Shown: positions 22,535 to 35,861 of the stretch, piece after piece | Numbering within the stretch: the stretch's first letter is position 1 | Layout of the letters: each line of letters opens with the position of its first letter | Assembly (NCBI GenBank): GCA_022813865.1 | Contig: JALDZX010000100.1 | Coordinates: forward strand, 1-42,848 | Reading direction: 5' to 3' | Length of the DNA: 42,848 nucleotides | DNA from: Xylographa opegraphella | Taxonomy: Eukaryota | Position numbers and translations under genes: made by a program | The notes under the pieces: generated by a model | What the model was told of the DNA's origin: nothing | What the model saw: only the letters and a program-made list of their open reading frames with translations | Databases searched by the model: none

Positions 22535-25500
22535 TCACTTGCTACACTCCTCTTTGTGTCTTTTCCAGTCAGTCCGCTGGCATTCGACGGAACAGTATCG
22601 CACGGCTTGGCATCGAGAACATTTCAACAGGCCTTTTCCACCATCGTCCGAACCGCTCTTGCCACATGATCTACAGTCTGCCTTGGTACTTGCGACCCGC
22701 CCTGCCTCATTGTTGCCTTGAAAGCTCTGCTCCACGAACGGGACCGAGAATGATGGCGATATTGCAGCCCGTACTGCGTATTTGGCAGCGAGCTCCCACC
22801 GGGGGATGCCGAGAATGTACTTTGGTGGAAGCGATCCCTCGCCACAAGAACACAGCGGGTTTTCACCATTTTCGATAGACAGAGGAATCTTGGATGTGGT
22901 AAGATACTGGCAGGAGGTGCGATGTTCCCAGTCTCTGCAACGCTCCACCCATGCAGGAAGCATCTGTTTCCACAGCCTGAGTTCGTCGTTGTTCACTTTG
23001 ATATTGCAAAACCCCATTTGCATCACCTTCCCTAGGAACGCTTCTATTTTTGCCATCAAAGAAGTATGCAGTGGTAGTACGGCGGCATCGAGCACCACAG
23101 TGTGGTTAGCAAGATCAAGCTTGAGACAGGACACAAAAACCAGTATATGTACGCCACCTTGGTCAGGATCGTTGATCCCGAACACTCGCGCTTGTTGGCC
23201 CTGCACCCCACTAAAGTGCATGAACAAGGAGAAGAGCGAATCTTTGAGATCCACCCTGGCGTCTTTCTGGGGAATCTTGCTGGATGCGATAGAGCTCTCC
23301 CTTAATTGACGCTCACGAGAGGACATCATGAGCGATGTATGAGCTGTCAACCACTCCAACTGTTTCTTCTTGGATGTATTCAATCTCGGAAGCAAATCGA
23401 GCGCTAAGTAGGGCATGTTCCAGATTATGGGGCCATTTTTGCTCGGGAACATTGGATACATGAAATGCGGGAACCCATCACCATCTCTTGGAGCGGCCAT
23501 CGGAACTTCCACTTCCACGTAAGAAGACTTTCGAGCAATCCTGGATTTGCTTCGGAATCCCAGGACTGGCACAGGAAAGATAATGTTGAGCTTTGGTCCA
23601 TTATCACCAATATCGATGCCGATAGTATCAGGTGATATCTGAGCGGTTTCAACGGTAGCTCCACTAATCAGTCTAGACTTGATGCTCCCCGAAATAATAT
23701 CGAGACGACCTGTCAGTGATTTGATTTGCCGGGTCTTGAGATCGACGTTCGCCCTAACGGAGCTGGCGATTTCATTATTGCTCGCTTGACTACCTTTTTG
23801 GCTGGAATACTCGAAATTACATACCGAGGCGTGCCCTGAAAGGTTTGGGCGAAATTTGGTTAAGTAGACATGATCCAAATCATCCAACGTTGTCTTATAG
23901 ATGTTCATCTCGATTCCGAGAGATTCTCGAAATGTGAGGACGCTCTGCGGCGTGCTCTGGATTCCTAGAGCGACTGTGGCAGTGCGCGGTTCCTGCATGA
24001 TTATGAGGCTTGGTACCAGGAAGGAAACCAGCAATGGTGAATGTCCCTTCCAGCCATGCACATCTTCTGCTATTGTTATTTGGAAGTGATCATCCTGTCG
24101 GGATTCAGAGGAGCTTATTTCTCCGAAAGCCAATTGCAAACCACCAAATATGTTCTGCCACTGCGGACCAGAAGAATTACTGGAGGACTGAAGAACACCG
24201 TGGAGGATTGGAGTCCCCAGTTTCGTCCACGGAATTCCCGTAATCTGTGCTACTTTCGCTCTTGGTACCTTAAGAGTTATGCAAATTGAAGTGGGGATGT
24301 TCGTCCAGGAACCCAAGCTATTAGACGCTTGAGAACGGGTGAAATGGTCAAACGGAAGTTCAAAAGCAGGTAATGTGTACAAATCATGGAGGTATAGTTG
24401 AAGGTATAGCTCTTGAATGTAATTGCCGCCCATTAGTAAGGTAGTATCGTGCTCAACCAACCTAATGAAACCGCTCATTGCTTTACTCCAGTCAGTAACC
24501 ACTCTACTTTTAACAAAGCAGAAAAAAGATGCCAAGCTTCCTCGGTGATAATGAAGCAAGGATTGATTACTAAACGTATGCAGGTTAACTTGTGAGAAGA
24601 CTCGTCTGAGATCTTCATTCTCGAACATGTTTAGGTATACCTGATATAGAACAGAAGCCAACTCAGCTTCATCGAAGTATATAGACTTTAGGGAATGCGA
24701 ATCTACGACACGCCGCTTCCACGTAAGTCTGCTATGCGTCTGTCCTGCGGCGACTTCTTTCTTTCCCATGACACTGTCCAATAAATGTTCCTCGACACTT
24801 GACGTAGCCGTAGAGTTTGTCCAATACTCTATTGGCAGCAGCCCGAAAATGATGGAAAGCGATTGAAAGTGGCCGCAAAGGATGTTGTCAACTAATGCTT
24901 TCAGATCTTTCTGTTTCGTCACAAGAGCTTCCGTATACAGTGTAGCCAAGATGGTGTGCTCTAGAAGTGGACCGGTGGCAACTAAAAGATTCATTGCGCC
25001 CAAATGATCTAGAAGATTCGATGTGTCGATCACATTGAATATTGTAGGAGCACTCCCCTCGGAGACGTACTCGTCACTGTCGAGAACTAGAGGTTCGAGA
25101 TGATATTGGTCACGATACCAGTCTGATTTAGATCCGTTGCCCCGGACGTTCATATGTTGTAGTGTGTGGCAAAAAGCAAGGGCGTCTCCAGCGAAGAACC
25201 GCACGGTAAGATTCAGTTCACATTTCCTGAAAGAGGTACTCCATGTCCGAAATTCAAGTCGTGCTGCGGCAACAGCTGGGGCCAGTTGAGATTTTTCGGA
25301 CAATTCGAAAGGCGAGCCTGGAGTTAACGGCGCGTATGCAATTGCGAGGTGAAAGCCGAGAAGTGGATCTGTGCCATAATGAAGAGTGAAGGCATCATCC
25401 GCCGAAACGAAAAACATAGGGTTCGGTATTTTAGATTTGGACATGATTCCATGGTCCGTGTCAGTTACGCCGTGCTTCCAGAAGTGCTGATACAACTTGG

Positions 25501-26239
25501 GCAAGTCATCTACAGCAAGAATACTGAGCGGAGCAGCCGAGCGGAAGCCGGTTAGATTCATTCCACTGCCTAGATTCGACGCCTGCATCTCTCTCGCTTT
25601 CTTTAGCCCGGTTTCACAGCGTTGATTAAAGGACCTTCTGTCATTTGCATTCCAGGTGGAGGCACCATAACTATTCCATATTTTTCTGGTCCTGAAAAGG
25701 GTTCCTTGATCACACATCTTGAGGAGTTTGCCATACTTACTGGTGTGCCACTTTTGAAAGGAAGCAGAAAGGGAGAACAGCTTCTGAGCTTGAGTCTGCA
25801 ATAGTGCGAGTGATTCATCGTCAAGCAAAAGGTGATAATAGATGTTCCAGATAGAGGTGTCTTTCGAGCCGTCTGTGTAATCCAGGATCAGAGTGAGAAG
25901 TAGAATGTTACGAGCTGACGACGCCGTTATTCTAGCATTCACAAGCAAACGAAAGTACATACCAAGTACTGCTGGCTCATGGTCGCAGCAGGTGTAGTCG
26001 ATATGGCGTGATCCTGCTCCGTTATCAATATGAACAATCTATTTCAGGATGTCTGGCTTCAACTGACTTGCGTCCTTGTCAGCGTAGGTCGTGAACAGAA
26101 TGCTCCGGACATCTCCACATCCGAGCAGCAGGACGTTTGCTTTCTGCTGAGGGGGTAGATCTTGGGTTAAGCATACGGCAGGCGTGTTACCAAGAGGGTA
26201 GAAGAATGAGATGATGTTGACAAATGTCGGATGATGCAT
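22535..26239 (-). CDS. DUF4470 + C-terminal MYND zinc-finger protein; 2 introns near the 5' end
   Basis: FFYPLGNTPAVCLT, LLLGCGDVRSILFT, TCCD.EPA.LARN, IDTSNLLDHLG, RIARKSSYVEV, and MYND CRSC...CSRC...YCSVECQRTDWKRHKEEC. Confidence 0.88.
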
Positions 26240-28858
26240 AGCTATGAGTTAGGGGGCACAAAAAGTGAGAATTTTTGGGATGAGATGAACGAGAAAACTG
26301 GTCAGACTGGCTCTATAAATTCTGCTGACAACTGTCGGCTTGATACGGCAGATACACCCTTTATGATGCAGGTGTCCCGTCACTAATGCAAAGTCATGAC
26401 AAGCCGCCGAAACAGCCTCCAGACCTTCTTGTCATTGAGCAGAATATTAGCAAAGCAAAATCTCTTCCGCAACAGGTGGGCTAGCTTCGAGACAAGACGA
26501 TTTCCGTAGAGAACCAGATGGCGGGTTCACATTGACATTGAGTCGGTTGGTGAACAATTTTATCAGAACACGAACACACAATTTATCGCAACACTGACGA
26601 CCTCTGCAAAATCGTATCTTGGCCAGGACTTAGGCTATAATGAGACGCCAGAATTTGCTGAATGAAACATGCCAAACTTTCGACGTTGGTATTGGTACTC
26701 TCGCAAGACCAAGTTGAGAAGTATCTGCGGGAAATGGCTGGAAGGGAGCCTGCGTACAGTACCTTGTTACTGCCCCACCGTGTATAAGGCAACGTTGGCT
26801 CTCGTAGGCGACGCTTCTCTGCGATTCGCTGATGGCAAAGAGCATCACTGTTTCTGCGGAATGATGAGTTTCACTGACACAAACTCTGCCTTCATCGAGA
26901 ATCTGATCCCCAATCTCCAACAGGGTTAACTTTGCTACTATTAACCATTGCGCTATCGCTTCTCACAATTTACACATATAGCTAGAGGAAGCCAGCACAA
27001 GTTGTTAGTATCGCCTTCCCTGCTCAGTGCCTCTCGAGGCATCCTTAGGTAGACCATCGCACATAATACATGTCGAGCGAAGCCATGTGAGGCCAGGCGC
27101 ATTAAATCCAGCGTCTTGCAGCCACGAACTGGCAGCTTCGAAGAAAGACTCCATTTACGATCAAATACTTGAAATATTGATAGTTGTCAGCTCATTATCG
27201 ACATCTTTAGCTGACGGAGCTGTTATGGGTTCACAAATAGCGCGATCTGCCGTACGACACGCAGTCTCCATGGATACTGCGCCGTTACTAGGAAACCCTC
27301 AACGCCCACCGAGATTAACGTAGCTGTCACCAGTAAATATCCGACGCTTCCTTGCTCAGCGATGTGGACTATGCGGGCCGGATTACGTCCCTGTAACGGC
27401 AAAGTTGACCTCGGAAGCAAATAACCCGAGGGATTGTAAATGAAAGCGTTCGAAACTGCATATTGTCCAATGGTAAGCATTCTGACGAGGACGTGTGCCA
27501 TAATGAGAGCTTGATATGTATGGATTACACAGTCTCGATTGCCATATCGATCACCTACAAGCTAGCACTCGCAAATTTCAGTGTCACCGTGCTGAAACAA
27601 GGAATTCAGGAAGGGCGTCGGTAACTCCAGACAATATGATCACCTGGATGAATAGCGATTGACCCTGTCTAACCTCAGTGTTGCCGTCCTAATCGTCTAC
27701 GTCGGCAGCACTGTAATTCGTCGTTGACCGCCGACTTCGCAGCCCAGTTGAGGAAAGATCTGTGCAGCGATCGGCCGAAGGCAAGAGACATTCGTGTATC
27801 TTGGATGGACAAGGCTCAGACGAGACGCTTCTGTAGCCGCTTTTTCAGCGCGCTGTTCTCCGCATTTGAGGAACCAAATTGAAGAATAAGAGCTTGACCC
27901 ATGGCCAACAATTGAGCCACCTCGGCACAGGAATACTCATCATTCGGTCTCTGAAACAACAGAAGTTCAGGCTGAATAGTAACTAACCTAGGACACTTGT
28001 GTCAGGTCATTCAATGTTCTTAAGGAGTCGTCGTCCATAGAAGCCATTTCCTCGTCACATGGATATAGATAGAGATGCTTCGTCATTTGCAGTCGACCCG
28101 ATGTATCTAGGTTACCGGCGGTTTTGCAGTTCTAATGTTTGTAAGGAGGAGAGGACCTTTCGGGTCTGCATGATCTTGAATGACAGGGTCGATCCTCGCG
28201 GCCGAGCCATAGGATATTCGGCAAGATAATTCGGGCTGCAGTGATTGCGTCGTACGATTAGCATGACGTGACTGACTTTCGAAGATTCCATTCTTACATT
28301 TCTTATGCAAGCTATGCCAGCTCACCATTCTCTCGAATGATGTTGCACTTCCTCTTGCAGCCTAGAGGAGCTCCACGAATGTACATTCCCGATGATGGAG
28401 TCGTAGAGAACGCTGAATACAACCTTGTGGTTGATGGAACAGCAACTTTTGCTGGCTTCGGTAGGCGTCACAATCCGATCTACTCATTCGAGTGCAGCAA
28501 GGGATAAGCGTCGAATATCCATTGGCATTGAATACCTCTTTTGGCCTTTAGGGGCAAAATTCGGATATCTGCACCCAGCTCACGCCCGAATTCATGCTCA
28601 ACAACAGTACTATCCAGGAGAGAACTGATCGACTGGATATACAAACTGCGTATGGCTATCAAGCCACATTTGCTTTTCAATTAATGTACTCGACAATGAA
28701 TACTTCCATTGGCATGCGCGTTCTCGAACTTTGGAACCAGTTGAGGTAGTCTAGGTAGAATGCCTGAACGCTAAAAACCTCGCTTCCGCTCAACTAGGTA
28801 GACTACCTAGGATACTCGAAGTTGAAGCAAGGAGCAAATCTTTGGCACATGAAATACC

Positions 28859-30028
28859 ATGAAGGCACTTCTCCTCGACGCAGAACGAAGGACTGCCAAC
28901 GTCAAAGATATCCCTGAGCAAAGACCTGCGCGGAACGAATTGCTCATTCGCGTAAATTTTGTGGCACTCAATCCTGTCGACTCGCTTTATGTATACAACC
29001 CTCTCGGCTCAACAGGACGGGTCATTGGAAGCGACTTCGGAGGTCTTATCGAGGTTATCGGAGATGCTATCCCACCAACAAGCACAATGAAAGTGGGAGA
29101 TCGGGTTGCAGGCTTCCTTCAAGGAGCATGCAGTATCAACGAACGGCCAGGAGCCTTCTCGGAATGCCTGGTATGTCCGTGGGACCTGGTCTGGAAAGTA
29201 AGAGATGAAATACAGCTTCAGGAGGCGGCTGCTGTTAGTCTTTGTGGGTTAACCGCCGCGCAAGCCTTGTTCTTTCGCATGGACATGAAAGCCCCATTTC
29301 AATGGCCAGAGACGCTGGCAATGACCGCTGCGCCGATGAAGCCTGCGCAAGAGCCACAAAATACCTTGTCAGTTTTCATCTACGGGGCGTCCACCTCTGT
29401 TGGTATGTATGCGGCTCAACTTGTTCGACGGTCTGCAGAATGCAGTGGGACAAGTATTAGACTGTTTGGTGCAGCGAGTCCAAAGCATTTCAACATGCTC
29501 AAAGCCCAACCTTACTGCTACACAGATGTTGTGGACTACCGTGACAATACCTGGCCCGCGCAAGTCATGGGCTTCACTGGTGGAACTGGAGTAGACTATG
29601 CCTACGATTGCATTTCCGAAGGACTAACGGTCTCGAATACTGGTAAGACTCTAGCTCCAAGTGGCAGGATGGCAATCGTGCGTTCGAGAGAAGCGGGTAT
29701 GTGGACTTCGCAGAATCTGACGGTAGATCCCTCTTACGGCGCCGTTTGGGAAGGGCTGGGCGAAGACGTACAATATCAAGGCATGGTTCTTCCAGCCTCT
29801 CCTATGGCGCGATCTTTTGCTGTCGCTTTTTACAAATGGCTTTCTGCCGGAGGGAAATTGGAACCAAATCCTCTCCGTCAGATGCCAGGTGGATTGGAAA
29901 GCATTGTTGACGATGGCTTAAGGCTTCTAGGCTCGGGCACAATGGGAGATCGAGATACGAAAAGTGAGAAGGATTGGATGAGAACACTGAGCGCTGAGAA
30001 AATGGTCTATAGGATTGCGTCCAAGTGA
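28859..30028 (+). CDS. Medium-chain dehydrogenase/reductase, trans-enoyl-reductase (ToxD/LovC-like) type; intronless
   Basis: VALNPVD, GSDFGG, VGDRVAGF, GAFSE, TAAQAL, FIYGASTSVGMYAAQL, VVDYRD, YDCIS, SAEKMVY. Confidence 0.88.
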   Translation: MKALLLDAERRTANVKDIPEQRPARNELLIRVNFVALNPVDSLYVYNPLGSTGRVIGSDFGGLIEVIGDAIPPTSTMKVGDRVAGFLQGACSINERPGAFSECLVCPWDLVWKVRDEIQLQEAAAVSLCGLTAAQALFFRMDMKAPFQWPETLAMTAAPMKPAQEPQNTLSVFIYGASTSVGMYAAQLVRRSAECSGTSIRLFGAASPKHFNMLKAQPYCYTDVVDYRDNTWPAQVMGFTGGTGVDYAYDCISEGLTVSNTGKTLAPSGRMAIVRSREAGMWTSQNLTVDPSYGAVWEGLGEDVQYQGMVLPASPMARSFAVAFYKWLSAGGKLEPNPLRQMPGGLESIVDDGLRLLGSGTMGDRDTKSEKDWMRTLSAEKMVYRIASK

Positions 30029-30546
30029 AACGTGAGCCTTGATCCTGCTAACATATTAAAACTAACGGCTGTCCGTGCTCGAGCGAATTTCGAGTTATAT
30101 TCGCACAAACTTTGTGAACTAGCCGTCAGGTTCTCGAGGTATCAATTTAGATAGACCGAACCGACAGGCGCAAAGTACCGCCAGGACTGAGAGACGGTCA
30201 CAACCTTCCCACCCGTGGACACGTAAATAACTGAATTGCCTGAATCCAATCACATAGCACCACTATTCCAAGGTGGTTCAAGAATTGCCAGATCCAATCC
30301 TAAATTTCAGGCAATTAACAGCCACGAAAGCCGCCTTCACAGGTCACGAACGAGGCGTAACAGAAATACGGAGTGGGATGAATGAAAAGTTATTAATGTT
30401 GTGATAGCACATTCTTTGTCAAGGGTTAATAGCTTAATGTGTTCTCAAGCTACCATAGTTCCACTCTATGCTTCACATGTTTTACAAGCACCCTTAATTC
30501 TGCAAAGTATCGCTCAAAGCACAATATGCTTTGTTGCATACCATAT

Positions 30547-31144
<598 letters not shown>

Positions 31145-32807
31145 GATGCTGGCTCAGGAATGAAAGAAGTGATGTGGAGGCCAATTGCGATGGATGAAGG
31201 GCAGGGGGATGCTCAATGGTCAACAGCTTGATGAAGTTGGCTGATTCGGAGGAAGCAGAAGAGAATTCGACGGACAAGAATGATTTAGTGCGACGCTAAT
31301 TTAGCAGGCGCTCCCAATAGGGGCATCTAACGACCAAGAGCTTCACTTTCATCACTCGTCGCGTGAGTTTTCCAGCAGTGATACCTGCCAAATTTTATCA
31401 ATGATGAACTCCCTAAAAGTATGAAACGTCGATGCAATAGTCATGCTGTGGAAGTCTATCTTGTTTTGAGCTGTCGCAGATCCCGACGCAAGTGCCATAA
31501 TATTCACGATACTGTCAAATCATGAGTTGAAAAGAAATCTTCCTTTGAATAAGTCTGTCTTTTGCACGTAAACCCCGTTGCTTTAATTTTCATGCCCCAA
31601 TTTCATTCAAAGATAATGTGTTATTCCGGTCGTTGACTTGGCATAAGACTTCACATGTCCCAGCAGCCTTGGAGAAATCCAAGGCGGAGGTTTGGAGCTT
31701 CAAGGTGTCCATCGTCCTGGCAAAAGGCTACTTGATACTTTTCCTCGTCTAGTCTAATTATTTTACTTGAGAGGGCCATAGTCAGATCGCCTCATTGTCA
31801 AACCTTCCTCGCTTGCCAACCGTTGGTAACCAGAGATGTTCAGTGGCGTTGGACCCACTCTATAGATGATTTCGTGGTCTAAGGGATTATCTTGACACTG
31901 TCGGAGCCTTTCAATCGTGGTGGGAGTGGTCAGATAGTCCTCAACCTCCTCTCAAGTAAAGATATAACTTCGCCTACGCCTTGAGCTTACGATGGCTCAC
32001 TTGACATATCGAATTTGCAACTAGGCTAACAATCTGGGTCTCTCACCCGTTACTATCGCAGGTTTTGTCCCAGAGTATCGATATCTAATCAGTGTCAAAT
32101 ACAGTATTGATACATCCGGTCTGCTTCCACAACCACAACCGCATGCCCTACTCTAGCTCATCTTATCAAGTCCCGCGCCTACATATCTAAGGTCACAAAG
32201 AAGGATGCAGCATCCGTGCGAGAGACGATTCTAGACCAACTCGCCATACATCTCCGTGTCTGCCGGAGGTTTCATGAACTCTCACGATCTGCTTTCATTC
32301 CTAACGAGATATCTAGATGTTCGTTGAGCGGAAAACTCCTGTCAGCGTCGGCGCGGATCTTATCTGTGTCTCCTTTGCAAGCGACGCCGCTGGAAGCGGG
32401 CATGTGCCAGGTGGCAGCACAGATGGACCGATCAATTAACTATGGATCATATCAATGAACACAAGATCAACTGCAACCAGACTTGGGCTCTGTGGGCATG
32501 GTAATGTGATGATGTCATAGCTTAGGTTCCCTTCAGGAAGCAACTTCGTCCCACGCCGTGAGTAGCCGATCATCCAATCATCACGCTTTCAGCTCATCGC
32601 CCCGTCTGGTGAGGGGGTCTTCCGGGGTAATAACGGCAATGGTGCATCGTAATTACTGGAGATTAGGCGGGCGTGCTGATAAATACGTGAGACTTTTGCC
32701 CTATCGGATTTGATCAAATCAAGTGCTCTCGGCGAATGATTTATCTTACTTTCTGGTTGGGCTGGGAAGCAAAAATGTAAGTTATTTGGGATCAAAAGGT
32801 TATTCGT

Positions 32808-32905
32808 TGCCCCCGACCAGGATCGAACTGGTGACCTCAGGATATCCCAGCTGAGCTGGATCATGAATATGAGACCTGCGTGATAGCCAACTACACCACG
32901 GAGGC
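32808..32905 (-). tRNA. Elongator tRNA-Met(CAU) with a 24-nt intron (32844-32867)
   Basis: Acceptor GCCTCCG/CGGGGGC plus A; anticodon arm CAGGT-CT-CAT-A...A-TCCTG with the U31:U39 mismatch of elongator Met tRNAs; T loop TTCGATC; G1 rather than initiator A1; TATA-like element ~30 nt upstream. Confidence 0.94.
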
Positions 32906-33668
32906 TGATTTATTTACCCGGCGCTTTATTAGAGTATATATTTCTTTCGGTCCACCTCACCAACCCCGCGGAAAGGCAAACTGTGCTGTTGTCACAAAGC
33001 AATAATGATAAAAACAAGAGGCGCATTTGATGATCACCCGAGAATCCTAACCTACACATGAGTAAGCAGGCGATAAGACGAAGAAAATATGGATTTAGAA
33101 AATACCCTGCTGCTCCCACCAGTCGGACGCATGTTTGCTCGGAGATGATTTGGCATGGACAGGGGACGGATATCATCGCGGACCACGAACTTCCTTCTAG
33201 AAGGACGAAAGGAATCGTGTGTGAACATGCACATCTGCCTCTAATCACGGACCTGGGCCCGACGGGCGTTTCGAGCAGCTCGTTGGGAGGGCCAGAGACT
33301 TACGCCGTTGCCAAGATTTCCGTCAAAGATCCGAAGACCAATGAATATGGATGAGAAAGAAGCAATGGTGGACCGCAGGGCAGCATCCTCACGCGAGGCT
33401 CTTATCACGCGCGTTCGTACGCACAGCTCCAGGTATACTCCCCATGCGGTATCTCCGCTCTTCTACGAAGATGGAAGGAGGTACAGCCCTCTCACGAGAT
33501 CTCGGGTGCAAGGAAATACCCGCATGCAGGGAAACCGCCGAGCACCATGTACATACAGGTCAAGTGTCTGCGTAAAGCAAATGGCTCTCTTGGTCTGCTC
33601 GTACAAGATGCGCTCGAGTCCCATCTCGAATTCCGGCTGCGTTTCATTTCGCTCAGTCCTTTGTCACA

Positions 33669-35761
33669 ATGTATCCTGTCCTTCGTGTTGTCGTCCCTAT
33701 TGCCGCAGCCTTGTTCTCCACTACTTATGGAAATCCTACAAATCTGCTTCGTCCGCCCCCGCTTAGGGCGGAGGTGATCGCTCCCCAGTTGTTTTCGAAT
33801 GGCAGTATTCCAGTCACAGGCTCTGCCTTCTTCGAGCAGCTTCTCGATCATGATCATCCTGAATTGGGCACCTTCTCCCAGAAGTATTGGTATAATTCCC
33901 AATACTGGGCTGGTCCTGGTTCGCCGGTACGGACTTGATTCCAGGTGCGGGTATTGCGGACCACTCACTGATCATGATTCGTCTCCTGTTTAGGTCGTTC
34001 TTTTCACACCGGGGGAGGTCGCTGCCGCAGGATATACAGGATACTTGACAAATCGGACCATTACGGGCCTCTATGCCGAGGCCATTGAGGGGGCAGTTGT
34101 CCTGCTTGAACGTGAGCTATTCATGCTTCGACATTTCCCAGCTACGTATCTGGCCTGACGATAAGATACAGATCGCTATTGGGGAGACTCGTCTCCGTAT
34201 CAGAAGCTCACCACCAAGAATTTGCAGTATCTGACATTGAAGAACTCCATTTCCGATCTAACGCACTTTGCCTCAACTATTCAACTCCCTTTCGACCTTA
34301 AGAATACGAGTCAGGCCGCGAAAGCAGTGAGTCTGCCTGCGTGTCCGTGCTGCAACCATAGCTTATCTGTACCACGCAGCCCTGGGTTCTCTCCGGGGGT
34401 TCATACAGTGGTGCGTTATCCGCCTGGACAGAGTCGACCGCTCCGGGAACTTTCTGGGCCTATCATGCATCCAGTGCACCTGTCGAAGCCATCTACGATT
34501 ACGTAGGCTGAATCGTCTGCCACTATAACACCCCAGTTCTAACATGGCTATAGTGGCAATATTTCTACCCTATCCAGCAAGGAATGGCTCAAAACTGCAG
34601 CAGCGATGTCTCCCTCGTAATCGACCACGTTGATAAGGTTCTCAACAACGGCAGCAAATCGCAAATCCATGAGCTGAAGACGATGTTTGGGTTGCAGCAG
34701 CTGGAGCATAATGACGACTTTGCATCGTAGGTCCTACAAGCTCAGCCTCGCGCATAGATGCTGATCCAAGTCTCTACAGCGCACTTCAGAACGGTCCCTG
34801 GTTATGGCAAGAGAACTCCTTCACCACCGGCTACTCCGGTTTCTTCCAGTTCTGCGACTTCGTTGAGGTGAGCCTCGTTCCCCTGCCACACCGATGACAT
34901 CCGCAAACTAATCCATCCCAGGGCGTCGCCAACGAAAGCAACCCAGTCGATCCCGGCCCCGCCGGTGTAGGCCTCACCAAGGCACTCGCCGGCTACGCCA
35001 GGTGGATGAATACGACCCTCCTCCCCGGCTGTTAATTTCCTCTCCCCCATATCCTCCCACCCCAGCTAACGATTACCAGACTGCGCCAACTACGGCTACT
35101 GGACCTCGGAAACGGATGTCTCCTGCTTCGACACCTACAACGCCACGAGCCCCCTATTCACCGATCTCTCCGTCGGCAACACCATCGACCGACAATGGCA
35201 GTGGTTCCTGTGCAACGAGCCTTTCGCGTACTGGCAAGAGTTCGTCACCTTCCCCACCCCCCAACTCCACACCCCCATCTCACACTACCAAAACACCCCC
35301 TCTCTCACACCGCTAACCACCCACCCCCCCCTCTCCACAGCGGCGCCCCCTCCTCCCGCCCCAGCATCGTCTCCCGCCACGTGACAGCCGTGTACTGGCA
35401 GCGGCAGTGCGCGCTCTTCTTCCCGCCCGAAGGCAACACCACCTACGGCGCGGCGGCGGGCGCCACGGTCGCGGCCGTCAACGCCTACACGCACGGCTGG
35501 GACATCGCCAACACGACGCGGCTGATCTGGACGAACGGGCAGTACGACCCGTGGCGCACGTCGGGCGTGTCGTCGCCCTTCCGGCCGGGGGGGCCGCTGC
35601 CCAGCTCGGCCGCCGCGCCGCTGCAGATCATCCCCGGCGGCTTCCACTGCTCAGACCTGATCGCGTCCAACGGGCTCGCGAACGTGGGCGTGCAGACGGT
35701 GATTGAAAACGAGGTCGCGCAGGTGAAGCGGTGGGTGGCGGAATTTCACGCTTATAGATAG
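33669..35761 (+). CDS. Secreted serine peptidase, family S28; about 8 introns
   Basis: Signal-like N-terminus, FFEQLLDHDHPELGTFSQKYW, LEHRYWG, GGSYSG nucleophile, RQWQWFLCNEPFAYWQ, NGQYDPWR, GGFHCSD. Confidence 0.92.
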
Positions 35762-35861
35762 ATAGCTCGTTTTGAGGAGGAGGGCGATTATATACATAGA
35801 CTGGAAAGGGATGTTGATTTATAATGCGAATGAGAGAGAGTGTATATGGAGCCCCGGCTGC

